Shown here in pieces: positions 9,016 to 19,898 of a stretch of DNA of 64,000 nt. Position numbers and translations under genes: made by a program. Numbering within the stretch: the stretch's first letter is position 1; each line of letters opens with the position of its first letter. Origin of the DNA: Candidatus Heimdallarchaeota archaeon (lineage in GTDB: Archaea > Asgardarchaeota > Heimdallarchaeia > JABLTI01). The DNA is taken from contig JABCTZ010000026.1 of the NCBI GenBank assembly GCA_018238155.1, forward strand, positions 96,001-160,000, read 5' to 3'. The notes beneath the pieces were generated by a model, which ran no database searches, was not told where the DNA came from, and worked only from the letters and a program-made list of their open reading frames with translations.

Positions 9016-10788
9016 CTATTTTTTTCTTTTCTTGCAAATAGTAAATACAAACACCATTAATATACTTACAATAACTGGAGAAATGCCAATAATATAGCTA
9101 TTATTCCCAAAATCATATTCAAATCCTGCAAGCAACATATGTTCAAATGCTTTCGAAAGGTTAAATTGAAAAGGCTCATAACTCTCATTGAATCCAATAG
9201 CTACATTTGGAACTGAGGTAGCCGCTGGTGTACCAATACCAAAAAACATTTCATTTTCTACGTAATATTCTCTGTTCATACAATGGCTAATTGCGTTTCT
9301 GATATGCTTTGCTGATTCAACTCCAGCTATTGGACAGAGTTCACCTGTTCCCAAATATGGGTGGAGCATATTAATAGCTATTTCTTGAACTCCAGGACTT
9401 TTAACCAATAAATAACTAATATCTGCGAATGCAATTTCTTCCATTTGAGTTCTAAAATTTGCATCTATAATATCCACTTGACCAAAGCTAAGTTGTTCCA
9501 GAGCATCTAGTTTTGAGTTAAAAGATTGAAATTTAATAGTTTCAAAATACGGAGTGATTCCAGTCCAATTTTCGAAGAATGAATTTCTTTCGAGAAGTAG
9601 ATAGTTCTCTGTTGTATTATATTCTGCCAACTGATATGGACCTGCGCCAAAAATTCTCTCAGGATTTGTTGTCATCCATTCTAATGCTTGAACACTGTGA
9701 TTTTCTGGTGCTATCCCACTCCAAATATGTTTTGGAAGTAGTTGTAACGCTAAATTCTTTTCTTGAAAAATACTTTGTTGTTTAAAGCTAATTCTTAACT
9801 CCTTATCATTTATCTTCACAAAGGAATCATTATCCCACCGCGAGTTATATAAATAATTACTAAATGAACCAATATTTGGGTTTACTGCTAATTGATAACT
9901 ATATATCACATCTTCAGCTGTAATCGGTGTGCCATCTGCCCAAAGAGCATCTGGATTAATCTTAATGGTCCAATTCATATTGTCACTACTAGTGAAGGAA
10001 GAAGCAATTCTACTACCCCAAAAATGATTTCCAGGTTGTCTTTGTATCAAACTATTGTATATTTGGTTCAACCACTGTTTATCATTATGTGATTCGGCAA
10101 AAAAAGGATGAAAATCTTCAAAGTCTACAGGTGTTGCGTATACAAAATCGTTTTGCCCAGAAATAGACCAATTTTCCATTGGTTGGTATTTAGAATCCCA
10201 TAATAATCCATCCCAACCGGCAAATTCTTCTTTGTGAGGATAAATTTTCATTGGATAATACAACGCCAATATTTGTAAATCCTCATACAATAATTTCTGA
10301 ATTGTATCTACAAGTTCAACTTTCTCTGTATCATTATAAGCTACCGCATAATTGTCCATTACTTGATCCATTTCAGGATTAAAGTATTGATAAAAATTAT
10401 TCCCAATGGGTGATATAGAAGGTGAATCATACAGCCCCGTTGGATCATATTCAATTTCCCAAGCCCAATCAACGCTTAACATATCATAACCACCTTCATT
10501 AAAGGTAGGTATTGGAAATGGTCCTGGATATCCCCAAGTTCGAGAAGAAATATTAGACCAATCTGTAAGAATATGTTCAATCTCTATTCCTATTTTGGGT
10601 AGATATTCTTCTAGATGTCTGTCTAGACGTGCTGTTGAAAGAGAATTTGGCAATAAAATAAATATTTTAAAAAACGGACCTGGATTAGTTTCTTGAGTGG
10701 AGTTTACTTTCCCTAATAATGTACTTGGCAACACAATTGTCAAAAAGATAATAAAAAATGATGAAATCATTCTAATCTTTCTTTTCAT
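9016..10788 (-). CDS. ABC transporter substrate-binding protein, family 5 (peptide/nickel), with C-terminal anchor
   Basis: Signal peptide, WADGTPITAEDV, GAGPYQL, IRNAISHCMNRE, C-terminal TM with basic tail. Confidence 0.85.
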   Translation of the reverse strand: MKRKIRMISSFFIIFLTIVLPSTLLGKVNSTQETNPGPFFKIFILLPNSLSTARLDRHLEEYLPKIGIEIEHILTDWSNISSRTWGYPGPFPIPTFNEGGYDMLSVDWAWEIEYDPTGLYDSPSISPIGNNFYQYFNPEMDQVMDNYAVAYNDTEKVELVDTIQKLLYEDLQILALYYPMKIYPHKEEFAGWDGLLWDSKYQPMENWSISGQNDFVYATPVDFEDFHPFFAESHNDKQWLNQIYNSLIQRQPGNHFWGSRIASSFTSSDNMNWTIKINPDALWADGTPITAEDVIYSYQLAVNPNIGSFSNYLYNSRWDNDSFVKINDKELRISFKQQSIFQEKNLALQLLPKHIWSGIAPENHSVQALEWMTTNPERIFGAGPYQLAEYNTTENYLLLERNSFFENWTGITPYFETIKFQSFNSKLDALEQLSFGQVDIIDANFRTQMEEIAFADISYLLVKSPGVQEIAINMLHPYLGTGELCPIAGVESAKHIRNAISHCMNREYYVENEMFFGIGTPAATSVPNVAIGFNESYEPFQFNLSKAFEHMLLAGFEYDFGNNSYIIGISPVIVSILMVFVFTICKKRKK

Positions 10789-10993
10789 TTGATTAACAAC
10801 CTAGGTCTATAATCCAAAATCGATAGTTTCCAAACTATCTTAGAGTCCATTGTAACTACAACAAAGGAAGTATTAAAAATAAGTATTTGTGTAGCTAGAA
10901 ATATACTATATGGAATTCTTTAGAAAACTTTGTTATGAAACCTTCCTTCGATTTTGGGAAAGACAAATATAATATGGTATCCAGTTAGATATT

Positions 10994-11758
10994 GTGAATT
11001 TTATGAAATGGAAGTTTGCAATTGTTCGAGAACCAGGTGCAAGATATTGTGATTGCCTTTCAGATCACCCTCTAAGAAATGATATCCATATTGGAAAAGC
11101 TAGACGACAACATATGGCATATCGTGAAGCATTATCATCACTCGGTCTTCAAATAATCTTACTCCCTCGAGATGATTCTCTCCCAGATTCTTGTTTTGTA
11201 GAGGATACTGCAATAATCTTTGGTAAAAAAGCATTTATAACCCGAATGGCAAAGGAAAGTCGTCGAGGGGAGGAAGTAGCAATAATAGATACTCTTTCTA
11301 GTTACCTCAAAGTCCAACAAGCCATTGCACCCGCAACTATTGAGGGCGGTGATGTAATTCGTTTTGAACGAAGTCTAATAGCAGGAATAACTCAACGAAC
11401 AAGTCTTGAAGGAATACAGCAGATGCAGAAATGGTTGAGAACAACTGTTGAAACAATTACCAATCCAAGTATAATGCATCTCAAGAGCTTTGTTACATAT
11501 TTAGGCAAGAAAACATTGATGATTACTGAAGAATTTGAGAACCACCCAAATCTCAAACGATTCAAAAAAATCCTTGTTCCAAAAGAAGAAAAATACGCTG
11601 CAAATACTTTAGCTGTAAATGGAGTAGTTCTAATGGCATCTAATAGACCAAAATCTATTCAGCTTGTTAGAGATGCTGGATTTGAAGTTATTCCTATTGA
11701 TACTACTGAATTCGAAAAATGTGACGGAGCACTAACTTGTTTGTCACTAATTTTCTAA
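10994..11758 (+). CDS. Dimethylargininase / amidinotransferase family protein
   Basis: PDSCFVEDTA, SRRGE, IEGGDV, MHLKS, DGALTCLS motifs. Confidence 0.9.
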   Translation: MNFMKWKFAIVREPGARYCDCLSDHPLRNDIHIGKARRQHMAYREALSSLGLQIILLPRDDSLPDSCFVEDTAIIFGKKAFITRMAKESRRGEEVAIIDTLSSYLKVQQAIAPATIEGGDVIRFERSLIAGITQRTSLEGIQQMQKWLRTTVETITNPSIMHLKSFVTYLGKKTLMITEEFENHPNLKRFKKILVPKEEKYAANTLAVNGVVLMASNRPKSIQLVRDAGFEVIPIDTTEFEKCDGALTCLSLIF

Positions 11759-11856
11759 TTGTTTGCTTTTAAGAGTATATTTTCTTAACGAAATGCTTTT
11801 AATTTGCAATTTGTAATTGCTTTTAGCAATTATTTTATTGTGAGAGGTAAAAAAAA

Positions 11857-14034
11857 ATGAGTGAGTTTAAAATAGGTATACAATTTGCTACTTTTATGGA
11901 GCGTTTGAAACCGACATTTATAGATTATTTAGGTCCTTGGCTTTTAATCTTTGTTGGAGTATTTATCCAAACACCAATAATTGGCATTAGAGCATTGGGA
12001 ATTATATTGGGCATATTTTGTGAATTACTTGGTATTGCTGCAATATTATTCATCAATGGCTATATTCCTGCACTTAACCGTGGATATACACCAAATAAAA
12101 TGAAATATGGTATAAGATTGATGAAAATTGTCAACAAAGATACTATGGAATTGCGTGAAGTTGACGAAGAAGATTTAGGTATGCTTCTTCTAAGAGCAAT
12201 CATAGGTTGGTTTGAGGCATTTCTAGTTTTGCCTATCGTACCAGGATTATTGTCATTAGCAATTATGAACTCAAGTGAAAATAACCAACGATTAGCTGAT
12301 ATAATAGTTGGTACTGTAGTAGTCAAAGTTGATCCTGTTGAGACGGTTAATATTAAAGATTTCAGAATGAAAAAAGATGAGCTACCACCAACATTTGATG
12401 GAGTTCTAACAACAAATGCATATAAAACTGATTCAGCAATATATACAGATATCTCAGTAAAGGAACCAATTATTGATAGAAAATTGGCTAATAAACCTAT
12501 AGTCAATATTTTCTCTGACCATAAACTAATTGTTGCAGGTAAATGGGTTTTTATTTCATCAGCAATTTATTTGATATTGGCTCAGATTGTTCATCTAATT
12601 TCATATACTTTAGAAACGGTAAACACTAGCATGAATATTTTTGGTGAAGTGTTACCTTTTAACAAAACAGCCAGTGGATTAGATAATGTCCTAAATATTA
12701 TTAGCTATTTTGTTCTTTTCATCAGCTGTGTGGGATTTGTTCTTTATTATCTTGGTATTAAGAATTCGGACACAAAGAAACCATTACTCTTTACAGCCAT
12801 TTTCTATGGGCTATTCATAATCTTTCGGATTATCTACATGGAAGCAAATTGGGCTAATGAAAAGGTAATCGCATTTATCGACTTACCTTTTGGAAACATT
12901 GTGAGCTATAAACTTAGTAGTGGAGAACTCACCTTTGAAATTCTAAGTACAATTTGCATCATTGCTGCATTATTCATATTGAACTCATTCATTCGCTCAT
13001 TTAATGAAGAGCATAAATCAAAAGTAAGAAGATTTAGAAGCCATATTATTCTTATAATATTCTTTACTTTGCTACTTGGAAGTTACATCACAGGAATTAA
13101 TGGGGAACCAACTGTAGTTCTCGGCATAGTAATTTTCTTTTGTGTTTCATTGTTTAAAATAAAACTTTCTTTCGCTTATATCGAAGTTTTCTCAGAGTTA
13201 ATCAAAATGAGAAAAATTGAAACTTTCAATCCAGAAGATTCTGGAATGAAGAAAAGTGACCCCTACTCAGCTTCTGAGAATAGATCATATAATATGATAG
13301 GAGAGGATATTTTCGCTTACCGAACACTAGTTGTTGTTGGTAAATGGATCTTTATTTCCTCGGCAATTTATCTTATATTGGCTCAGATTGTTCATTTTAT
13401 CTCATATTCTTTAATAAAAGTAAACACTAGTTTTTACATTTTTGGTGAGGAAAAACCTATTGTTGTTACTCTCAGTGAGTTAGATAATATCCTCAATATC
13501 TCTAGCTATATTGTTCTTTTTCTCTGCTGTATTGGATTTATTCTTTTTTATTTTGGAATCAAAAGCCCAAAAACAAAAAGACCATTACTCGTTGCTACAA
13601 TATTCTTTGTTCTATTCGTAATCTTTCGAATTATCTACTTGGAAGCAAACTGGTCTGGAGAAGGATTCAATGCTTATATTTTCTTCGAATTTGGTAATCT
13701 TCACAAATTTAGTTTAACTAACGGAGAATTCGTTTTACAAATTCTAAGTACAACTTGTATCATTGTTGCATTATTCATATTGAACAAGTTTATTCAAGCA
13801 TTTAATGATGAACATCACTCAAAAGTAAGAACATTTGGAGGACAAATTTATCTTATCAAGTTCTTTGTTTTTCTATTTGTGATTTACTGTATAGCTATGA
13901 ATTCAAATCTGAAAGAAATTCCTGCTCTAGTGGTTTTCTTTTTAATAGCAATATTCCAAATTAAGCTAACATTTGCTTATCTTGGAACTTTCTCAGAACT
14001 AATTAAAATGAGAAAATTTACAATAGTTGGGTAA
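11857..14034 (+). CDS. RDD-family membrane protein with an internally duplicated C-terminal membrane domain
   Basis: A.F..R...F.D, GYTP.K...GIR, QRLAD...GTVVV RDD motifs; the unit GKW.FISSAIYLILAQ...ELIKMRK occurs twice. Confidence 0.75.
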   Translation: MSEFKIGIQFATFMERLKPTFIDYLGPWLLIFVGVFIQTPIIGIRALGIILGIFCELLGIAAILFINGYIPALNRGYTPNKMKYGIRLMKIVNKDTMELREVDEEDLGMLLLRAIIGWFEAFLVLPIVPGLLSLAIMNSSENNQRLADIIVGTVVVKVDPVETVNIKDFRMKKDELPPTFDGVLTTNAYKTDSAIYTDISVKEPIIDRKLANKPIVNIFSDHKLIVAGKWVFISSAIYLILAQIVHLISYTLETVNTSMNIFGEVLPFNKTASGLDNVLNIISYFVLFISCVGFVLYYLGIKNSDTKKPLLFTAIFYGLFIIFRIIYMEANWANEKVIAFIDLPFGNIVSYKLSSGELTFEILSTICIIAALFILNSFIRSFNEEHKSKVRRFRSHIILIIFFTLLLGSYITGINGEPTVVLGIVIFFCVSLFKIKLSFAYIEVFSELIKMRKIETFNPEDSGMKKSDPYSASENRSYNMIGEDIFAYRTLVVVGKWIFISSAIYLILAQIVHFISYSLIKVNTSFYIFGEEKPIVVTLSELDNILNISSYIVLFLCCIGFILFYFGIKSPKTKRPLLVATIFFVLFVIFRIIYLEANWSGEGFNAYIFFEFGNLHKFSLTNGEFVLQILSTTCIIVALFILNKFIQAFNDEHHSKVRTFGGQIYLIKFFVFLFVIYCIAMNSNLKEIPALVVFFLIAIFQIKLTFAYLGTFSELIKMRKFTIVG

Positions 14035-14198
14035 TTCTTTTACTCAATTTTCTCTTTCTTTTTTTAAATAAAAAGAGTTATTTATCATAAGTGTTCAAAT
14101 TTGAAATTTTTTCAACGATTTTAGAACTACACAACCCTTTTTATTCAATTATTCAAAAAAATTTTTATTCTTTAATTAAAATGTTAGGAAGAAATAAA

Positions 14199-15572
14199 AT
14201 GAGCATGTCTAAAACAAATATTCAATTCGCTACTTTTATGGAACGGTTGAAACCAACATTTATGGATTATATTGGTCCATGGTTATTGTTCTTTGTAGGT
14301 GCATTTGTTCAAACGCCAATCGCTGGTATTGGAATATTTGGAATAATATTGGGTGTATTTTGTGAACTATTAGCTATTATTGCATTATTATTCATCAATG
14401 GTTATGCACCTGCATTAAATCGTGGTTTTACCCCAAATAAAATGACTCATGGTGTTAGATTGATGAAAATTGTCAATAAAGACACTATGGAATTGCGTGA
14501 AGTCGATGAAGGAGATATGGGTATACTTCTTTTAAGAGCAATTATTGGATGGTTTGAAGCATTTTTATTCCTACCTATCGTGCCAGGAATATTAGCACTT
14601 TTAATCATAAATTCGAGTGCAACAAATCAAAGAATTGCTGATTTGGTTGCAGGAACGGTAGTTATTAAGGTTGAGCCCGTAGAGAAAGTTAATATAAAGG
14701 ATTTCAGAATGAAAAAAAGCGATCCATCCCCAACATTTGATGGAATTTCCTCAATACAAACTACTGGCAAATCAAAAAAGAAACAAATTGACAAGAAACT
14801 AGATAAAAAATTTGACGATGGTATCTTCTCTAAGCCAACATTTATTGTTGTAGGTAAATGGATTATTATTTCTTCATCAATCTATCTGATTTTAGCACAG
14901 ATAGTAAAATTTGTTTCTCGAACATTGAGACTTGTCAATACTAGCTTTAAAATTTTTGGCGAAGAACAACCAATTGGTAATACTGGCAGTGAATTACATA
15001 ACGTATTAACTATTATTGGCTATGTTGTTCTATTCATATGTTGTTCAGGATTTGTTTTATATTACTTAGGTATCAGAAACACCAAAACAAAGAAGCCATT
15101 AATAATCAGTGGAATACTTTATCTATTCTTCATCATCTTTCGTATAGTCTTTATTGAAACAATATGGAATGGAAAAATGATTGCAATTATAGATTATGGT
15201 TTTGGATATGATCATATTCAATACAATGGTGTTGGATATGGAGGATTTGTTTTCCAAATAGTTTCTACTGTATGCTTAATACTTTCTCTAATCTTCCTAA
15301 GTAAATTTGTTATGAATTTCAATGCAGAACATCAAACAAACATTAGAAAAAACTTTGGTCAAATATCCTTAATTGTTTTCTTTTCATTGTTTTTTGTCAC
15401 ACTATTCATAGGTTTAATTGCAGATGCAGAGGAAACAACTGTTATGTTTAGTACGGTAATATTCTACATTAGACGTTTGTTCGAAATATGTCTTGTTTTT
15501 GTTTACCTTGGAATTTATGCAAAGTTAATCAAATTGAGAAAAATAGCCAAAGTGAACAATGTAATTGAGTGA
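14199..15572 (+). CDS. RDD-family membrane protein, tandem paralog of 11857-14034 with a single membrane unit
   Basis: Near-identical N-terminal RDD domain; start placed at MSMSKT (14199) by alignment to the paralog. Confidence 0.75.
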   Translation: MSMSKTNIQFATFMERLKPTFMDYIGPWLLFFVGAFVQTPIAGIGIFGIILGVFCELLAIIALLFINGYAPALNRGFTPNKMTHGVRLMKIVNKDTMELREVDEGDMGILLLRAIIGWFEAFLFLPIVPGILALLIINSSATNQRIADLVAGTVVIKVEPVEKVNIKDFRMKKSDPSPTFDGISSIQTTGKSKKKQIDKKLDKKFDDGIFSKPTFIVVGKWIIISSSIYLILAQIVKFVSRTLRLVNTSFKIFGEEQPIGNTGSELHNVLTIIGYVVLFICCSGFVLYYLGIRNTKTKKPLIISGILYLFFIIFRIVFIETIWNGKMIAIIDYGFGYDHIQYNGVGYGGFVFQIVSTVCLILSLIFLSKFVMNFNAEHQTNIRKNFGQISLIVFFSLFFVTLFIGLIADAEETTVMFSTVIFYIRRLFEICLVFVYLGIYAKLIKLRKIAKVNNVIE

Positions 15573-15666
15573 CTTTTTACTCAATTACTCTCCTTTTTTC
15601 TTGTTCAAAAAGTTTATTAAAAATAAATCCTTTGAAAAAACATTACTATAATAAGGAGAAAAAACA

Positions 15667-15939
15667 ATGTCAGAGTCAGAAGATAAAACAATGGGTATTA
15701 TTTCCATAGTATTAGGTGTCTTAGGTTTTACTTTTCTACCATTTATAGGTAGTGTAATAGCTATTATTCTAGGTCATGTTGCAAAAGGCACAGATGGTGA
15801 TCAATTAGGTAAAATTGGTAGGATTCTTGGTTGGGTAGGTATTTGCATATACATACTTGGTGGCTTAATAGCAATAGCGTTAGTTGTTATAGTTCCTCTA
15901 TTAGGTTTTTCACTATTTCCAGCTTACACAGTCATCTGA
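15667..15939 (+). CDS. DUF4190-like small membrane protein
   Basis: IISIVLG..GSVIAIILGHVA...G..LG..G.ILGWVG pattern; AGGAG ribosome-binding-like motif upstream. Confidence 0.7.
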   Translation: MSESEDKTMGIISIVLGVLGFTFLPFIGSVIAIILGHVAKGTDGDQLGKIGRILGWVGICIYILGGLIAIALVVIVPLLGFSLFPAYTVI

Positions 15940-16230
15940 GGATTATTCCTCATTTTTTCTTTTTTAAAGTAGTTTTGCTAATTGAACCAACAACAAGATG
16001 GATCAATACAAAACCTTGTACAGGAATGCAAGTATTACTATAGGAGTAGTGCCATTTCAATGGCTAATTGATTTATTCGCTTACTAAAATTTTGAGAGAT
16101 AACCTCTCAGATTGTTTTTTTTGTTATTTTTCTTTCCATTGGAAGATAGGTGTTCATTTTTTGATACCAAAAGACCATATTAGTTCAAGCATTTTATCGA
16201 AAAGTTCACTCAGTTATAATAATTTCTGTA

Positions 16231-17079
16231 TTATAATTTTGATAACCCTTGATTTTTTGCTTTTCGCTCAACAGGAATTAACACTAATCTCGCCAAGATT
16301 ACATAAAATACTGTGCATCCTAGTATTATTACGAATTCTGCCCAGATTGGTAGTAGGGGTTTGTAACCATCAATCATATAGTATCTCATTAGATCAAAGT
16401 TGTATGTGAATGGAAATGCCATTGCTATGTATTTGAGAATTGAGCCAACAACGGGATGGATTAATACAAATCCTTGCACAGGAATGTATGCTCCACAAAG
16501 GAATTGGATTAATTGATGAATAACTGTTACAAATAATCTCGTTTGTCTAAATAGTATAGCTAGCATTCCAAAGAATAATCCTATAGATATCAAACTAATT
16601 ATTGATAAAAAGGCAACTAATAGAGTATATCCAATCGCAGTTAAATTTGTAAGATTACCAGTTAATCCTAAAGAGAGAATATAGAGAGGTATAAAGAATA
16701 TAAATGAAACAATTGCACGAGAGATGGTTGTTGAGAGCAAATAGCCTAAACGTGAAGCAGGAGAGACAAAGATTGATTCAATTGTACCGAAGTGAATATC
16801 TTCTTCAACTCTGATCAAGGGACCCCAGGTAGCTATGCCAGAAAACATTTGAACAGCAGTTCCAATCAACATGAAAAGGAATACAGCTTGCCCATTTAAT
16901 CCGGCAATTTCATACAGCGCAGGTGTGAAATTATATGCTCCACCAATAACAATGAAACCTAGTGTTAAAGTAGCTATTTCAAGGAACCAACCAAAAAGAT
17001 TAGCTTTGTATCTCTTGTAGCTAATCATATCTCGCCAGATACCTTTGAAAACAATTTGTGAGGTGTTTTTTAGACTCAT
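16231..17079 (-). CDS. ABC-2 type transporter permease
   Basis: GTIESIFVSP, FLCGAYIPV, PFTY motifs; operonic with the ATPase. Confidence 0.85.
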   Translation of the reverse strand: MSLKNTSQIVFKGIWRDMISYKRYKANLFGWFLEIATLTLGFIVIGGAYNFTPALYEIAGLNGQAVFLFMLIGTAVQMFSGIATWGPLIRVEEDIHFGTIESIFVSPASRLGYLLSTTISRAIVSFIFFIPLYILSLGLTGNLTNLTAIGYTLLVAFLSIISLISIGLFFGMLAILFRQTRLFVTVIHQLIQFLCGAYIPVQGFVLIHPVVGSILKYIAMAFPFTYNFDLMRYYMIDGYKPLLPIWAEFVIILGCTVFYVILARLVLIPVERKAKNQGLSKL

Positions 17080-17091
17080 TTTTTTTCCTCC

Positions 17092-17967
17092 TTATAGAAT
17101 TGATAAACCTACATTCTTTGCTTTTCTTTCTACTAATTTTAGTAAGAAACCGGCTATAATGACAAATGCAATAGATGTCACTCCCAGAACTAAGAATTCT
17201 ACCCACACAGGAAGAAGTGTGTGATATTGCGAACCGAAAATAAAGAATCGAAAGAGGTCATAACAATATGTGTATGGAAAACAGTAAGCAAAGTATTTAA
17301 GAATTGAACCTAAAACAGGTTTCATTGAAGCATATGCTTGTACTGGCACATAAGCTCCACAGAGGAACTGCATTAGCATGCTTAGAAATAAAGCAATTGG
17401 TTGCGATTTTCTAATCAATAAAGCGATCATAGCAAAGAATAGCCCAAAAGCCATCATACTTAAAATAGTTACAAAGACCACTAGCATAGTTGTGCCGATC
17501 ACATAAAGATTAGTGAGTGTTCCATTTACTGCCATAATAATAATATATGCCGGAATAAAGAATATTAGATTCACAAATGAATCAGAAATGGTTGGCGATA
17601 ACAAATAAGCAACTCTATTAGAGGGAGTAACGAAAACTGCTTCTAAAGTACCGTAATGAATGTCTTGGTTTATTCTCATTAATGGTGCCCAAAGAGCGGA
17701 ATCAGAAAATGTTCCGATAGCTACACCTCCAATGAAAAAGATAAACACTTGAGTTGCAGTATTTATACCTGTTTCTCCTGCTGTTACGGGATTTAACTCA
17801 AACAGAACTGAGAAAAGATATCCCGTAAACATACCAATAGCCATACTTAACAACCAACCAATGAGTTTTGCTTTGTATCGTCTGATATTTGTTAGATCTC
17901 TTTTAATACCAATTCCAACTACTCTGAATCCTGTTTTAATGTTAAATCCTACATTTTGAATCGACAT
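17092..17967 (-). CDS. ABC-2 type transporter permease (paralog)
   Basis: GTLEAVFVTP, FLCGAYVPV, PYTY motifs. Confidence 0.85.
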   Translation of the reverse strand: MSIQNVGFNIKTGFRVVGIGIKRDLTNIRRYKAKLIGWLLSMAIGMFTGYLFSVLFELNPVTAGETGINTATQVFIFFIGGVAIGTFSDSALWAPLMRINQDIHYGTLEAVFVTPSNRVAYLLSPTISDSFVNLIFFIPAYIIIMAVNGTLTNLYVIGTTMLVVFVTILSMMAFGLFFAMIALLIRKSQPIALFLSMLMQFLCGAYVPVQAYASMKPVLGSILKYFAYCFPYTYCYDLFRFFIFGSQYHTLLPVWVEFLVLGVTSIAFVIIAGFLLKLVERKAKNVGLSIL

Positions 17968-17969
17968 TT

Positions 17970-18944
17970 CTATACCTCCAGTTCTACTTTCTTATCACAG
18001 AATTTTAGAAAAACATCCTCAAGCGTTGCAGTCCGATAGGATATAACAGGGTTCAAATCAAAATCTTTGCAGATTTTCATTATCCTCTCAAAAGCTTCAG
18101 CGCTATCTGTTACAGGTAATTTAATAAAACCATTTTCTTGTTCTATTGCAGAAACAGTTTCTAAATCTATTAATTTTTGCAGAAATTCAGGTGAAGCTAT
18201 CTCACCGGTTCGTAAACGCAATTCAATTAATTGCATATTCAAATCATCCATTAAATTCTGAGGAGTATCAATTGCAACAACTTTTCCCTCGAAGATTATT
18301 GCCACACGATCACAGAGCTCTTCGATTTCAGACATTATTTGAGAAGTCATAATTATTGTTTTACCTTTTCCTTTCGCATAATTTTTAACAAAATTTCTAA
18401 TCTTTTTTGCAGCAATGGGATCCAACCCTTTGCTAATTTCATCTGCAAAAACCAGATCAGGATTATGAAGGAAACCTCTCATTACAACAATTGCTTGTTT
18501 TTGTCCTCCTGAGAGTTTCATAACTTCTTTATCAAAAATCTCATCATTATCATATGTTTTCTTGAATTCTTCTAATCGCACCAAAAAATCCTCTTTGTGA
18601 ACATTGTATAGTGTAGCAAAAAATTCCAAGTTTTCCTTGCCCGTCAAACGTGCATAAGTTGATCGTTCAGAATCTTGTCCAATGTATCCTATACGTTTTC
18701 TAATTTCTTTTTCATCTTTTTCTAAATCGTAACCTAAAACCTTTACAGTGCCTTCAGTTTTATTCAGCAATGTAGAACAAATTTTGATGAAAGTTGTTTT
18801 GCCGGCTCCATTTGGTCCTAAGATACCAAATATCTCGCCTTTCTCAACCTCTATATCTACCCCTTTCAGGGCTTCTGTTTTTCTTTTCCTACTTTTATAG
18901 GTTTTTTTGACTTTTTCAGCTATTAGTGCCTTCATTTTTTTCAT
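17970..18944 (-). CDS. ABC transporter ATP-binding protein (DrrA/CcmA-like)
   Basis: GPNGAGKTT Walker A, LSGGQ signature, FADE Walker B, TLEDVF C-terminal motif. Confidence 0.92.
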   Translation of the reverse strand: MKKMKALIAEKVKKTYKSRKRKTEALKGVDIEVEKGEIFGILGPNGAGKTTFIKICSTLLNKTEGTVKVLGYDLEKDEKEIRKRIGYIGQDSERSTYARLTGKENLEFFATLYNVHKEDFLVRLEEFKKTYDNDEIFDKEVMKLSGGQKQAIVVMRGFLHNPDLVFADEISKGLDPIAAKKIRNFVKNYAKGKGKTIIMTSQIMSEIEELCDRVAIIFEGKVVAIDTPQNLMDDLNMQLIELRLRTGEIASPEFLQKLIDLETVSAIEQENGFIKLPVTDSAEAFERIMKICKDFDLNPVISYRTATLEDVFLKFCDKKVELEV

Positions 18945-19019
18945 CTTCTTTTATAATGTCTAGTTAACATTCATCGAATTTACTTTAAAAGGAAAATTCA
19001 CATTAAGAAGACTCAATAT

Positions 19020-19067
19020 GAGGTCACTTAAAGAGGTCACTTATTGTTAGGTCACCTATCGTGACTT
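19020..19067. promoter_or_regulatory. Three direct AGGTCAC repeats plus one partial inverted copy upstream of the ABC-2 operon; putative operator
   Basis: aggtcac at 19021, 19034 and 19049; gtgact at 19061. Confidence 0.5.
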
Positions 19068-19214
19068 CAAATATATTAGAAATTTATTTACAAATTATTT
19101 AGAAAACAATTTTAAAAATTCAACATTTGGGATAAAAAATACTTGTTAATAACTTTCTTGATTGAAAATGCTCTGTCAAAAAGAACCATTAAATAAAATG
19201 GAAAAGAAGATTTC

Positions 19215-19898
19215 CTATTCACTTATAAAATACTGGAATAACTTTGAGTTCATTAATGAATAGAAAGATTGTTCTTTTCTAGCTTGAAAGATTAAATCAG
19301 AATTCAGTGTTAACGCTTTTTCTAAAGCGATTAATGCATCATTTACTAGGTAATTTTCAGAATAAACGAGTGCTAGTGTGTACCAAGAATCAGCTGAATC
19401 ATTATCTAGAGCAATAGATCTTTCGAGAGAAGTTATAGCCTCATCGTGTAATCCTAGATTATAATAGGACAGGGATAAATTGTGCCAACCAACTTCATTG
19501 TGTGGCTCTTTTTCGCAAATTAATTCAAAAGCTTCCAATGAATCCTCGTAATTTTCAAGTAAATAGGCGATTTCACCAAATTTTCCAACGAGTTCTAAAT
19601 TTGCTTTGGTAATTTTTTGTACTTTATCATAATAATGATAGGCTTGCTCTAATTCACCTAGAAGTTCATATGATTGAGCTATTCTAGCTAAAATTAGATG
19701 TTCCTCATCTCTTCCCTTCTTTTTCAATAATTTCTTCCAACAATGTATTGCTTCAAAATATTCTGCTTGTTTGAATAAGGCGTAGGCTAAGAAGTCTAAT
19801 AAATGAATTCTTTCAGGATGTTTCCTCAGAGCTTGCTTATAGAAAGCAATTTCTGTTTCTCCATCCGGTTGCTGTTTTTCAAGCCTTCCAAGGGTCAT
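19215..19898 (-). CDS. Tetratricopeptide repeat protein
   Basis: Repeated W.NL...Y..LG..DEA...E..I.LD / WYTLA..Y TPR units. Confidence 0.85.
   Translation of the reverse strand: MTLGRLEKQQPDGETEIAFYKQALRKHPERIHLLDFLAYALFKQAEYFEAIHCWKKLLKKKGRDEEHLILARIAQSYELLGELEQAYHYYDKVQKITKANLELVGKFGEIAYLLENYEDSLEAFELICEKEPHNEVGWHNLSLSYYNLGLHDEAITSLERSIALDNDSADSWYTLALVYSENYLVNDALIALEKALTLNSDLIFQARKEQSFYSLMNSKLFQYFISE

Noticed and set aside
19021-19056. AGGTCA equals the metazoan nuclear-receptor half-site
   Set aside because: A six-base coincidence; no such protein family is evident here. Kept only as a generic operator candidate.
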